From: Thraustochytrium aureum | Taxonomy: Eukaryota | NCBI GenBank assembly: GCA_012862495.1 | Contig: BLSG01000391.1 | Span: 293,760 to 357,759, forward strand | Direction: 5' to 3' | DNA: 64,000 nt | Shown here: positions 23,482 to 35,740 of the stretch, one piece after another | How the letters are laid out: each line of letters starts with the position of its first letter | Position numbering within the stretch: position 1 is the stretch's first letter | Program-made: the position numbers and the translations under genes | Notes under the pieces: generated by a model | The model's input: the letters and a program-made list of their open reading frames with translations, nothing else | What the model was told of the DNA's origin: nothing | The model's database searches: none

Positions 23482-24569
23482 TTTCCCAACTCGCGCGCTC
23501 GTTTCGCGTCGTGCGTGCGGCAGGTCGCGCGACGCCCAGCTGGTGCCTGCGGTTGTCCTCGCGCTGCTGCCCACGTCCGCTCGACGCTGTTTCTGCCTGG
23601 TTGTAGAACTGCAGCGCGGGTCGATGCATTCAAGCACGTTGAACCGTCGCCGCTCACGTACAGATGCAGAGGGCTGAGCGGGCTGAGGCCGTTGGCGGCC
23701 CGAGCGGCCAGCGCTAATTAATCCCCCGAGGCCAACCCCTCTGAGAAAGCCAAACAAAGAAACGGAGCGACTGCATCCACACAGAGAGACCGCCAAGCAT
23801 GCAACCAGCCAAACGAGTTCAATGCGCCCTGGCGGCAGCGGAGCGACGGAGCTCGCCGGCCCGCGAAGAAGCCAACAAAACTCGTGCGCAAAAACAGCCC
23901 CAAGCCAGCGAAGGCCACCAAAAAACAACACCCCAGAGACTCTCTCAGCAAACGCGTGGCATTGCAGCCTGGCTCTCCGAGCGCGAGCTCGACCTGCTCC
24001 TCGACCTCCACAGCCCGTGCGAAGGTGGAAAAGGTACCGTTGGAGGCGTGGCTCAACGGATACGGAAAACCCCGTTCTGGTGCAGCCTCGCACCGTCTTC
24101 CGCCACCGCCGCGGCATACTGGCGGCCGTGGCGCATATCGAACTGGCGGCGCGCCGGGTGTTCGTTGGAGCGTTTCTGCCAGCGCCATTGCGATGCGATT
24201 CATGCGAATGAACGACGTGTCCGTTGAGCAGCCAACGCCCTTGCGTAAACGTTGAGTTGGGCTCGCTCGCCGAGCGTGATGAAGGCCGCGCCGAGCGGAG
24301 ATCACCGCGCTGTTCGCTCGGCAGCGCCCCGCCAAGGCCAGCCCAGCGCTGGGCGAGATCTTCCTTGCGGATATTTTTCCTGCACGTGATGGGAGGGTCT
24401 GGCGGGCGGACAGCCGGCGACAAGGGGAAGCCCGATTGTTGCCGCCTCAGGCAAGGCCTGCGAGCTCGGGCACCAGTGTACCGGGAACGGCGATACAGGT
24501 AATTAATCTATCTACAGGTGATCAAGATCAGGCGCAGTCCTCGCTGGACGTTGCTGGGGCCAATTGCGG

Positions 24570-27016
24570 CTAAAGCTGGCCCGCATCGCAGAGCGCGGCG
24601 ATGTCGCGGAGGTAGAGTTTGCCGACCACCTTGCCGTGCTCGACCACGAAGAACGACTTGCGCTTGTGCACGTCAAAGAAGTTAATCGCGTCGTTGAGCG
24701 GCGTGGTGGTCGGCAGCGCGAGCGTGGAGCGATCAATGCGCGAGAACCGGAACAGGTCCATTTTCTCGGCACCGAGGGAGGCCCACGTGTTGCGGTTGCG
24801 CTTGAGGAGGTGCAGGGCCTTCCAAGTGATGGAGCCGAGGTAATACATTTCGTCGAGGTCGTCGACAATGGCGAACAGGTACAGGGGGTCGAGCGCCGAG
24901 TTGTCGGCGCGCAACAGCGCCTGCTCGATTTGCTCTGCGTCAACGCGGCGCGGGATGCAGGGCGCAGTCGGGTGCATGATTTTCGACACGGGCAGCGAGT
25001 AGCTGCTCTGCTTGCGCACATGCGGGAAGGTGGGCAGGTTTTTCGCGTTGGCGAGCGACTCGTAGATGCTGACGCTGATGTTGCGCGCTGCGGCCTGGCC
25101 GACCAGCACAGAGAGCAGCACAGGCAACATGTAGGAGAGCTGGCTTGTGAGCTCAAACTGCGTCCGGGGCGGCGCGCAAAGGTCAGCTCTGCGCCCAGCA
25201 GCGGCAAGCGACAAGGGGCCATCGAGCGCGTCTAACGTACACAAACCACCGCCGTGGACACGGTCCCCGTGGCCCCGGCGGTGAAGGAGGCCGCGCCGAC
25301 GAGCGCGTACCCGCCCGGCGTAAGGTCTTGAGCCCCAAAGCTGTGGATCACTTCGCCGAAGAACCGGCCGATGGCGGCTCCTACGGCAAACATGGGCGTA
25401 AACACGCCGCAGGGAATCGGCAGGTTGATCGCGAGCGCCGCGAGGCAAAACTTGATGGCTGCGAAGAGCAGCAGATTGATGAACTTGGTAGGCTCGTCCC
25501 AGTGGGCCGAGTGCGTCGCTTTGCTGATCTCGTCGTTGACGAAAAGGTCGTCCACAGCGTTGTGCAGCGAAAACTGCATAAAGTCGCCGAGCGGGAAGAG
25601 CGCCGCGCTCGTGATGACGGCCACAATCAGCGCGAACGAGTAGGAATTGCGCACGTACTGGGGCCCCGTCTGGCGCAGCGCTGCGATGCGCTGGTGGAGA
25701 ATAACAAAGCAGCCCCCGAGGTAGCCGCAAATCATGGAGAGAAACACGAAAAGCGGCAGTTCAATGAACCGGTACGGCAGCGGCTCAAAGTTGGTCGTGA
25801 AAAGCGAAACGACGTTGGTGCGCGACTGGCCGTAGTTGGAGAGCTCTTTGAAGACGAAGGCGCCGCACACGACGCAGAAAAAGGACTTCCAGTACTCGCT
25901 CGTCTGGTACAGCGAGCTCGTCACCTCGATGGAGAAGAGCACTCCGCCGATGGGCGCTCCGAACGTGCTAGAGACGCCGACCGCGCATGCAGCCGCGAGG
26001 ATCTGCTTTTTCAGGGCCGGCGAGCGGCGGATCTCGGCAAAGATCGGCAGCCGCAGCAGCTGGTTGGCAAGGATGCTGCTGATGTGCACGAACGGACCCT
26101 CCTTACCGATCACCATCCCGCTCGACAGCGCGAGCAAGAGCCCAATGACCTTGCTGACCAGCGTGCGCAGGCTCAGGTAGCCCCTGATCTGGAACCCGGC
26201 CAAGATGGACTTCATCTGCGGGATCCCCGACCCGCCCGCGGCGGGGCTGATGCGCTCCGTCGCCAGCACCGACCCGACGGCGAGGGCCATCGTGAACAGC
26301 GTCCACAGCAGGTACACCCCGACGGAGCTCTGCGCCGAGTAGGCCAGGCTCGCCTTGCCCATGACAAGTGCGGCGACAGCCTCGTCAATGCACCAGGCCA
26401 GAATGGAAGACAAGATACCAAGCAGGCCCAGACAAAGCCAGGAGCTCTCGAGGATCATGTACACCCACACCCGCCCCAGCCGCTGGAGCAGGCCGCGCTT
26501 GACACGGGCGGCGTCGAAGGCGTGGCCGTCGACCAGACTCTCCTCGGCGTCGCCGTCGTCCTGCTCCGCGGGCTGCCATGTCGAGCACGGGGCGCACAGC
26601 GTGGTGCAGCACTCCTCCTCTCTGTCGTCCGAGAGGTCGATGGAGAAGGGCGACGGGTACTGCGAGACGTGCCTGGACAGCGCGCTAATCCTGTCATCGC
26701 ACTCATCCAAGCTTACTGAGGCAGGCCCCGGCGCCTCATCGGCTCTCCGGCTGCCTAGCTGCTTGCGCACATCGCTGCTACTCGACACGCGGAACGAGTT
26801 GCTCTCAAAGTTGTACTCGAGCTCCTCGCGAAGCCCCCCGTCGGCCTTGGCGACCACCTCGCGGAGTTCGTCGCTGTCCGCGCGATACCGGCCCCACCCG
26901 TCCTCCTCGCGCCCGGCGGCCACTCTGGCCGCCCTGCTCGCCCTGCCGACGTACTCTTCGTCCGCCTCCTCCTCCACCGCGAACCCGTCCACGACCTCGA
27001 GGCCGACGTGCGCCAT
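24570..27016 (-). CDS. CLCN: CLC chloride channel with C-terminal CBS region; intron 25158-25240
   Basis: GSGIPQ, GKEGP, FGAPIGGVLFSIEV, PCGVFTP; 83-nt intron GTACGT...GCTGAC...CAG joins STAVVC to FELTSQLSYMLPVL; SIYE; CBS-like tail. Confidence 0.92.
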
Positions 27017-27048
27017 CCAGGTCGCAAGGATGCAAAATGCGCCGCAAA

Positions 27049-27178
27049 GCGGGCCACTGCAGAGCAGCGCAGGGCGATACAGGGCAGCGCAGGGCAATAC
27101 AGAGCAGCGCAGGGCAATGCAGAGCAACGCGGGCCACTGCAGGGGCTAATGCGGGCCACTGCGGAGTTTGATGCAGGG
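27049..27178. repeat. ~20-bp degenerate tandem repeat (CAGRGCAGCGCAGGGCRATR / GCGGGCCACTGC) running into a gap
   Basis: Directly visible upstream of the CLC start. Confidence 0.7.
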
Positions 27179-27936
27179 NNNNNNNNNNNNNNNNNNNNNN
27201 NNNNNNNNNNNNNNNNNNNNNNNNNNNNNNNNNNNNNNNNNNNNNNNNNNNNNNNNNNNNNNNNNNNNNNNNNNNNNNNNNNNNNNNNNNNNNNNNNNNN
27301 NNNNNNNNNNNNNNNNNNNNNNNNNNNNNNNNNNNNNNNNNNNNNNNNNNNNNNNNNNNNNNNNNNNNNNNGGGCGATGCCGGAAAATGCCGGGCGCTGC
27401 GTGCTCCGCGGGGCTCCGCAGGACACTGCAGGCCACTGCAGTGCGATGCGGGCGATGCGGGTCAACCCGGGGGCGCGGCAGGGCCTCCGTGGCCAACACA
27501 CGCGCGCGCGCGGCCCGCTGCGACTCTGCCTCGCGTGCGTCTTCGAGTTACACAAGTACTCTTGCTTGAGGGCTGGTTGCTGTCACGGGGATCATTCTTT
27601 CGTTCCTTGGTTGTTTCCTTCCTTCGGCTCTCTTTTCTTCGCTGTGTTCGTTTTGTTCGTGGCGGTGCAAGTCGCCAAAGAGTTTATGGTTTGGTTGTTT
27701 TGGCGCATTGGCCGGGCGCGGACGCGGCGTTCACTCAGGCCACCCTCGCGGCGTTCAGAAGCGCGTGCAACTCGACGCAAGTTGGAGTACCTCGGCCTGC
27801 TCACTTGCGTCGGAGCGTCGTCGGTGTACCTTGGGCGGCCTGGCGTGCGGCTGCTGGCTCACTTGGCCCTGGGCCGGCCCGGAAAGGCGGCCGACGGGGC
27901 CCTGGCCTCGTCGGCGGCGAGCCCGCGAGCGGGTAG

Positions 27937-29304
27937 ATGGGCCGGGAGCCGGTGGAGCGGCCGAAGCACCGCGTGCTGATGGTCTGCGATTTTTTCTGGC
28001 CCAGCCTGGGCGGCGTGGAACAGCACATTTGGTCGCTGAGCCAGTGCCTTCTACGCGCCGGGCACAAGGTGGTGGTGCTGACGCATGCGTGGGACGACCG
28101 TCATGGCATTAGGTACATGACGAACGGGCTCAAGGTGTACTACGCGCCGTGGATCGCGCTGTTCCAAAACTGCACCCTGCCAACGTTCTTCCCGCTGCTG
28201 CCCATGCTCCGGGAAATCGTCCAGCGCGAAGGCATCGAGATTGTGCACGGGCACCAAGACAGCTCTGCAATGGTCCACGAAGCGCTATTTCACGCACAGA
28301 CGCTGGGGCTGCGCACGTGCTTCACAACGCACTCCCTGTTCAACATCTACGACACGGCAAGTTTGCACTTGAACAAGGTGCTCACCTTCACGCTGAGCAG
28401 CGCGGACCACGTCGTTGCGGTCTCGCACACGTGCAAGGAGAACATGGTGGTGCGATGCCAGGTCGCCGAAGACTCGGTTGCAGTGATCCCCAATGCCGTG
28501 GACAGCTCGTCGTTCACGCCAGACCCAACCCTGCGCGACCCCGCGCCACGCGTAAACATCGTCGTGATCAACCGCCTCGCGTACCGCAAGGGAACAGACT
28601 TGGTGGCCCAGGTCATCCCGCTTGTCTGTGCGCGGTTTCCGCACGTCCACTTTATCGTCGGCGGCGACGGGCCGAAGCGCCTCCTGTTGGACGAAATGCG
28701 CGAGCGGCACCAGCTGCACGACCGGGTCGAGCTCCTTGGCAGCGTGCCGCACGCCGATGTGCGGTCCGTGCTGTGCCGCGGCACGATATTCCTCAACTGC
28801 TCGCTCACGGAAGCATTCTGCATGGCCATCTTGGAGGCGGCCTGCTGCGGCCTGTACGTAGTCAGCACGAGGGTAGGAGGCATTCCGGAGGTGCTTCCGC
28901 CAGACATGATTGCCTTCGCGCGCGAGCCGACGGCAGCGTCGATCGTGGAGCGGATCGCCCTTGTTATCGAGGGCGGGGCCGCGTTCCAGCGCGACCCTTT
29001 CCTGACTCATCAGCGGGTCAAAGACATGTACAGCTGGCGCGAGGTGGCGGACGAGCACGCCAAGGTTTACGACAAGGTCAAGGCGCAGGAGCGCCCGGAC
29101 TTTGAGCAGCGTCTGCGGCGCTGCTCCAAGGTGGGCCCGATCGCAGGGTTGATGTCGATGCTTCTCGTCGTTCTGGATTCGATCATTCTGCAGTTCCTCG
29201 AGCTGCTTCGGCCAGCGCAGGACGTCGAGCCTGCGCCAGAGCTGGCTGCGCTAGCGCAAATGAGCGCCCGTGCGCAGCCGGCGCAGCCAGCGAGTTGCAG
29301 ATAA
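27937..29304 (+). CDS. PIGA: Phosphatidylinositol N-acetylglucosaminyltransferase subunit A (GPI-anchor biosynthesis)
   Basis: MVCDFFWPSLGGVEQHI, IRYMTNGLKVYY, VIPNAVD, RLAYRKG.DL, GGDGPKR, FLNCSLTEAFCMAILEAACCGL.VVSTRVGGIPEVLP; C-terminal TM segment. Confidence 0.96.
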   Translation: MGREPVERPKHRVLMVCDFFWPSLGGVEQHIWSLSQCLLRAGHKVVVLTHAWDDRHGIRYMTNGLKVYYAPWIALFQNCTLPTFFPLLPMLREIVQREGIEIVHGHQDSSAMVHEALFHAQTLGLRTCFTTHSLFNIYDTASLHLNKVLTFTLSSADHVVAVSHTCKENMVVRCQVAEDSVAVIPNAVDSSSFTPDPTLRDPAPRVNIVVINRLAYRKGTDLVAQVIPLVCARFPHVHFIVGGDGPKRLLLDEMRERHQLHDRVELLGSVPHADVRSVLCRGTIFLNCSLTEAFCMAILEAACCGLYVVSTRVGGIPEVLPPDMIAFAREPTAASIVERIALVIEGGAAFQRDPFLTHQRVKDMYSWREVADEHAKVYDKVKAQERPDFEQRLRRCSKVGPIAGLMSMLLVVLDSIILQFLELLRPAQDVEPAPELAALAQMSARAQPAQPASCR

Positions 29305-29641
29305 TTATAAGCAGCGAGAGCAAGCAAGAGGCCAGCGCCTCCCACAGTGGCGCTGACGCTGCTCCGAGGTGGGCCCGATCGCAGACGTACTGTTGGTGCT
29401 TGTCGTCGTTCTGGATGACAAAAAGCAAGAGCAAGAGGCCGCAACCTCCCACCGTCCTGGACGTTCGTTTCCGGAAAAGAAAACGAGCCTTGTCAGTTCC
29501 GTTCTGTCGCCATTTTTTTACTCTTTAAAAAAGCAGGCTGGCTCCGAACAGCCGCTCTGGGATTCCGCGCAAACGGTCTCAGCGCGAACAGCAGCAGCGT
29601 CGAGCGCAGGGGCACACCCAGCTGCGGCCCGAGCCGCTGCA

Positions 29642-30274
29642 TCAGTACATCACAGCGGAGCGGTCCATGGTGCCCTTGGGCAAAACAAGCTTCTCCCGGT
29701 TTTTGACGAGCTTGTCATACAAAAACGCATAGTTGTTGCGCAGGTCGCAGCAGCTCTGCACCAGGTTAAAGTACTGCTTCTCGTCCATGTCCACCACGGA
29801 CGCCGCGTAGTCCACCACGTGCGGCCGCTTGCGCATCGTGCTCAAGACCTTTGCTCGCTTCGCATAAAAGGTCGCGAGGTTTTTCAGAAACCCCAGCGCC
29901 TGCGACGACACGTTGGTGAGCATCCCGAGCACCTCCTCTTGCACCTGCACGCCAAAGTTGTTGCCGTCCTCGATGCGCGGGATGTTGAGCCGCACCCAGA
30001 GGCGTAGCGTGGCGAGGTCTTTGAGCATCTCTGTCACCTCCGTCTTGATCACCTTGATTGCCTCGCTCACCACCGCGTTGGAAGGGATGACCGTGCCGCG
30101 CTCGCTCGCCCAAGAGTGCACGACCGCCTCCTCCAGCACATGATCATGCTTGAGCTTGCGCGCCCGGAAGCGAAGGTGGGCTGCCCCGAGCGCGGCCACC
30201 TTGATCGGGATGCGCTCGCTGATGATCTTCTCGGCGTCCTCGTTCACTTGAGCCTTGAACGCGTCCAGAGCCAT
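29642..30274 (-). CDS. PSME3: Proteasome activator PA28/REG subunit
   Basis: LWVRLNIPRIEDGNNFGVQVQEE activation loop; PHVVDY; LRNNY; KN.EKLVLPKG...MY C-terminus. ATG 30274. Confidence 0.9.
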   Translation of the reverse strand: MALDAFKAQVNEDAEKIISERIPIKVAALGAAHLRFRARKLKHDHVLEEAVVHSWASERGTVIPSNAVVSEAIKVIKTEVTEMLKDLATLRLWVRLNIPRIEDGNNFGVQVQEEVLGMLTNVSSQALGFLKNLATFYAKRAKVLSTMRKRPHVVDYAASVVDMDEKQYFNLVQSCCDLRNNYAFLYDKLVKNREKLVLPKGTMDRSAVMY

Positions 30275-30642
30275 GGTGCGCCGCCGTCCGCGACCCGCTC
30301 GAGCGCCGCCAAGTCCGCTTTGCAAGCAGGGACAGAGCACTCTGCACTGCGAGACGCGAGCGCTGCGTGCAGTTGATTGACCATCATGATCAGAGACGAG
30401 GTCGGCCACGAGCGTCTGGTGGCTACGAACAACATGAACAGGCACCTCGGGACGCTGCGAGTGGCGACCGCGTGCCCGCATCGGCTGGGGGACGAGGGCG
30501 GGGTCGCCTCGGCGCGCCAAGCAAAACGACCTCGTTTCCTTTTTCCTTTCCGTGTCTACAGCGCGCCATTCTCAGCAGCTTGCTGGGCGCCGGCATCGCG
30601 TTGTTGTGCGCCTACCTACTGCCCGCCAACACGGCTCAGCGA

Positions 30643-31893
30643 CTACGGCTGCTGCTGCTGCTGGGCGGTTGGCGCAGGGCCCGCGACGGCGTCGCCAGCC
30701 AGCTGAAGGCGGGCGTTCAGGCGCTTGACAGACCCCAGCGCGGCGTCATCCATCTTGAGGTTGCGTGAGCGCGTGTTCCCGATTTGAGACAGCGGCGTTC
30801 GCGCCTCCGGCACGGCAATAGCGGCGAGCGCAGCCTTGCCCTCGGCAACCGCCTCCTCGAGCTGTCTTGCGCGCTTGAAGATGTTTGCGAGTGCGTCGTG
30901 GTCGATTCCTGGCTCCTCGTCGCCGGCTTGGTTAGGGCCGCAAAAACCGATTGCCGCCAGGTTTTCTTTCCCGACCGAGACGCATTTCTCGGCAGAGTCG
31001 AGCTCGGCGCGGAGTCGAGCGTTCTCTCGCATCGCCAAGGCGATCTCGCGCTCGACGTCCTCCAGGTCCTGGTCGAAGCGCGCTTCGTCGAGTGCGAGCT
31101 GGGCCGTGAGGCCTTCACTCCCGATCGCTACGTCGTCTGCAGGTTTGGCGGCAGCCTCCTGAGTCTTGCTGTGATCTGGCGCCGGTTTCGTTGGGACTGC
31201 AACTGTGTCTGGGACAACGAGGACGTTGCGCTTGAGGTAAATCTCGAACCGGTCAAAGTTTTCGTCGCAAGAGCGTTTGAATTTCTGGAGGAGAGCTGCT
31301 GTGCAAGCGGAGAGCTGCGTGGGTGGGAGATAAAGGCCTCAAGGCCGTCAGAGGCCGTCTGCAATGCGGGCGGCGGCGAAGAGAAGCTCTGCTTACCTCG
31401 TTTTCTGTGACGTTGGATGCATTGAGCTCCTGCATTGTTGAGCACGCAACGCGAGACGAAACTCGTCAGCGCACTGGCAAAGCGCTACGCCCACCAACCC
31501 GCCCGCCCGCCCGCCCGCCAGCCAGCCAGTCTCAGGTAGTCCGTCAAAGCGAGTCGTACCTTTTTCACCTGTGCATCGACCACTTCCACCGCGTCCGAGA
31601 TGTAGTCTTCAATCACAATGCAGGCTGCGCACAAGCCCCTCAGCCAGCGCCGACGGAGGGCAAGGGAGGCGCGTCAGTGGCGGCGTGCGTCCATGCGCAC
31701 GGCTGCGCTTCCAGCTCGACTCACCGTCGTCAATAAACCTTGAGGGGGCCACGCCAAAGTAGGCCTCCTCCCGAGACGTGGGCGCAGGGCTACCAGTCAC
31801 ACCGGCCGATGACTGGCCCGCCTGCGTTGCCAGCGCGTCGTCCGTCTGCGTTTCAGACCGGCCGTCAGCGTCGCCAGTCGTGGCGTCGTGCAT
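30643..31893 (-). CDS. MIS12: Kinetochore protein Mis12/Mtw1, four exons
   Basis: Exons 31893-31725, 31624-31560, 31429-31397, 31314-30643 with GTGAGT/GTACGA/GTAAGC donors and CAG acceptors give EEAYFGVAPSRFIDDACIVIEDYISDAVE...CDENFDRFEIYLKRNVLVVP, matching Mis12 F.F.P..F.DD and D.NFD.FE.Y..RN motifs. Confidence 0.8.
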
Positions 31894-33216
31894 GGCGCCG
31901 ATTCAGAGCGCAACAAGGCGACAGATTGAAACTGGCGCCAGTGCCTGCGCGGCCCTGCCTCCGAGCCTCGTCGCCCTGCCTACTCGCCTGCCTGCCTGCC
32001 TGCCGTCAGGCCCTGCCTGTTCAATCAATCACGCTCTGCGCTCTGGAGTCTGGAGAGACATTCTCATGGCGCCAACGTGCGCTTGCGGAGTGGGCAAAAT
32101 GTCCAAACCCTATGGAAAAAGAGGATTAAATAAATTGAAAACCTTATTTTCATAGGTTTTGAAAACCGCGCACTTTAGACCCCTGCGGATTTGAATTGCG
32201 TTCCGCAATGTATTCCATGCAATCGCTCATGGATGGAACGATTACTCACCGACGACGGGGCGAGCGCGGGGCTTGTGGACTCGAGCTGGAGCAGGGCGCT
32301 GGAGAAACAGTCGCCGTCCCTGACTGACTGAAACCTGTCTGGAAATCCGCTTTCGCGGGGTTGTGTGTTGGCTGCGTCTCCCCGCAGGAACGGTACGCGC
32401 NNNNNNNNNNNNNNNNNNNNNNNNNNNNNNNNNNNNNNNNNNNNNNNNNNNNNNNNNNNNNNNNNNNNNNNNNNNNNNNNNNNNNNNNNNNNNNNNNNNN
32501 NNNNNNNNNNNNNNNNNNNNNNNNNNNNNNNNNNNNNNNNNNNNNNNNNNNNNNNNNNNNNNNNNNNNNNNNNNNNNNNNNNNNNNNNNNNNNNNNNNNN
32601 NNNNNNNNNNNNNNNNNNNNNNNNNNNNNNNNNNNNNNNNNNNNNNNNNNNNNNNNNNNNNNNNNNNNNNNNNNNNNNNNNNNNNNNNNNNNNNNNNNNN
32701 NNNNNNNNNNNNNNNNNNNNNNNNNNNNNNNNNNNNNNNNNNNNNNNNNNNNNNNNNNNNNNNNNNNNNNNNNNNNNNNNNNNNNNNNNNNNNNNNNNNN
32801 NNNNNNNNNNNNNNNNNNNNNNNNNNNNNNNNNNNNNNNNNNNNNNNNNNNNNNNNNNNNNNNNNNNNNNNNNNNNNNNNNNNNNNNNNNNNNNNNNNNN
32901 NNNNNNNNNNNNNNNNNNNNNNNNNNNNNNNNNNNNNNNNNNNNNNNNNNNNNNNNNNNNNNNNNNNNNNNNNNNNNNNNNNNNNNNNNNNNNNNNNNNN
33001 NNNNNNNNNNNNNNNNNNNNNNNNNNNNNNNNNNNNNNNNNNNNNNNNNNNNNNNNNNNGAGCACGATCGAGGACATTGAGGGTGCCTTTTCGCCATTGT
33101 GGACGCGGAATGCGCCAGGCGTGCAGCAGCGCGCTGGCAGTGGCGCTTGACGCAGGGCTGCTGGTGCGGCTGGCGGACCTGCAGCAGCGTTAGGCCAGGC
33201 GGGTGCGGTCGGGACG

Positions 33217-34766
33217 ATGCCCGCTCGAAGGAGCGGGGGCCAGAGGGCGGTCGCGATGTGCGGGCGGCGGCGCACTCTGGGCCGCCTCGCCGCGGCCTGG
33301 CTGGCCGTGTTCTGCACCGGCGCGGCGGTGATGTTCTGGACGCTTGAGGTCAAGGAGGTCGCGGTTGGGGCGCCGAGGGTGCTGCTGCGAGGCGCAGCGG
33401 CGGACTGGGCTGGGGACGACGACGTGGCGCGGACGGTACCGCGCAAGGGGTGGGCGTCGAGCCGCTCGGACCTGAACGGCTCGCTGGCGTTGGTCGGGAT
33501 GAGGGTGGGGTCGAGGCGGCGGCGCGGAGGCCGTCGTGGAATCGCGGTGGACCGCCTTCGTGCAGAGCGGGGTCGCGTACCTGTGCCAGGTGCTGCACGC
33601 GGACGGGAGGTTCACCTACGTGCTTCGAAAGGACCTCACGTCCGACCGCGCCTCGTACAACGTGCTGCGGCACGCGGGGGCCGTATACTCGCTTGCAGCC
33701 TACTGGCACTGGGCGCAGGCCCGGGAGCTTGACGAGCCCCCACGCGCGGACGTCCTATTCAAGGCGCAGGCTGCTGCAACGTACCTTTTGGAGAGCTTCC
33801 TCAAGCCTGTGCCTGGCCAGGACGACATGCTGGCCATCTGGGACGAGCCCGAACTCATCTCGTTCAACCACAACAGATTGAGGTGCGCCAAGCTGGGCGG
33901 CGCCGGGCTCACTCTCGCCGCCCTCACAACGCTCGAGCGGGCGGCGCCCGGAACGATGCCCCCTGGATAAGCTCGAGCGCGTCGCGGCGTTTGTATTGTT
34001 CATGCAAAACGAAGACGGTGGCTTCGTCTCCAAGTTTTGCGAACCCCACGGCAAGGACTCCTCGTTCGTTTCCCTGTACTACCCGGGCGAGGCGGCGCTC
34101 GGCCTCGCTTTGCTCTACCAAATCAATGGCAATTTGCGGTACCTCCGCGCCGCGCTTGACGCGCTGCTTTTCTTGGCAAGGTCGCGCGAGGATTCCCACC
34201 GGGTCGAGCCGGACCACTGGGCGATGCTAGCCTCCGAGGTGGTTGTCCAGAACGCGCAAGCTCTTGGCGCCGTTTACTCGTCAGATGTCCGAGCCAAGGT
34301 CGACGTGCATGGTCGCCGAGTGGCTCACGCGCTGGGAGCACTATCCAAAGAGATGATCGCGCGCGGACAACATGCTCCTCGAGACCGACGGACGACGCCA
34401 ATAGCTACCCGGCTCGAAGGCCTCGCGGCCGCGATTGGCTTTATCGGCCCGGCGATGCCCCGGATGCGGGACGAGGCGCGCGTTGCTGCGCGATTTCTCG
34501 TGGCATCGCAGATCGTTGCTCCAGCGTCTCCGCGGAACGGGGGCGTTCCGAAGGCGGTTGGCGCTGACGGCCGCCCCAGCGCGGTTGCTTCGGACAACGA
34601 GATCCGCATCGACTACGTCCAGCACGCGATTTGCGGGGTCATGCGCGCCATCGACCTCGGGTTGCATCGCGACGAGCCGCTGGTCGGGGCAAGTATTCTA
34701 TCGAGCATGGGCGCGGAGTTGGTCTCTGGGCAGGTCTCGAAGGCCATCTCGAAGACCAACTCGTAG
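33217..34766 (+). CDS. Type II membrane protein with bacterial-like alpha/alpha-barrel domain (frameshifts near 33535 and 33962)
   Basis: N-terminal TM (LAAAWLAVFCTGAAVMFW); motifs DGRFTY, YNVLRHAG, AKLGGAGL, MQNEDGGF, SLYYPGEAALGL, DHW, IRIDYVQH. Confidence 0.6.
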
Positions 34767-35740
34767 CGCAGGAGCTGAGGCAGTTCGAAACCAAAACCTG
34801 TCTAAAGTCGTGCCTCTGACGCTCACTCATCATGATTGAGTGGGTGGGCTTTCGTCCCAATCCCAAGCCTCTGCTCTGCAGCAGAGTAGTCCTTACTTGC
34901 TCCTCTACCCCCCCCGTTTCACTGTGGGACTCTCTCTGGGCCACGACAGGCGGCCACCCAGCTGCAGACCTCACGAGCCTCGGACGGCCGTGCGCGCTCA
35001 GACCTGAAGGAGGCCGTCGTGCAGGAGCGAAAACTGGACCAAAACGACCAAAACGACACTGTCGGAGCGAGCATCGAGCACAATCGCACGGAGTACCAGC
35101 GTAGAGTAAGTAGTACCAACCCGCACCGAGCACCGAGAGCAGAAGACGATCGATCGGTCATGCATCCACTGGCAGATGAACGTCCATCCACTGGCACCCA
35201 GACGACCTTCCATCCCTCGTCCTGCATCCATCCAGCTGCCCATGCATCCGATCCACCATGCGTGGACCGTCGGTCGGCCAGCCAGCCATCGAGCGTCCCG
35301 CGCAAAGGATCCGAGGGCGCCTCGTCAATGGAACACAATGCATTCCAGGCGGCACTCGGGCAACGACTTGCCCGTCCCCGACGATATCGGCGTAAATCCC
35401 GAGTTGCGGCTCGGCGATTAACGCCTGCGCGACGGGGCCGCTACCGCGCATGATCTCTGCTGGAGCGTGTTGATGTTGTTGTCAGTGGTGTCAAGACACT
35501 GCGAGTTTTCTTTTCTTGTTCGGGATGGATTCTGCTCTGCTGTCGTCGTCGTGCTCGACGCTCTCTTTGATCAAGAACAGTGTCCCAACCACATGTCTGA
35601 CGACCGCGCGAGGTGCGGCAGCGCGAAGTGGCTCGCGAGGCTGGCTGACTTGGACTCGCTGGGATACTTGCTGCCTCGACACGGTGCTGTGCTGCTGTTC
35701 CGGCCGGTGGTTGGTTGATCGGTCGCTCGGGTTGGCAGGG

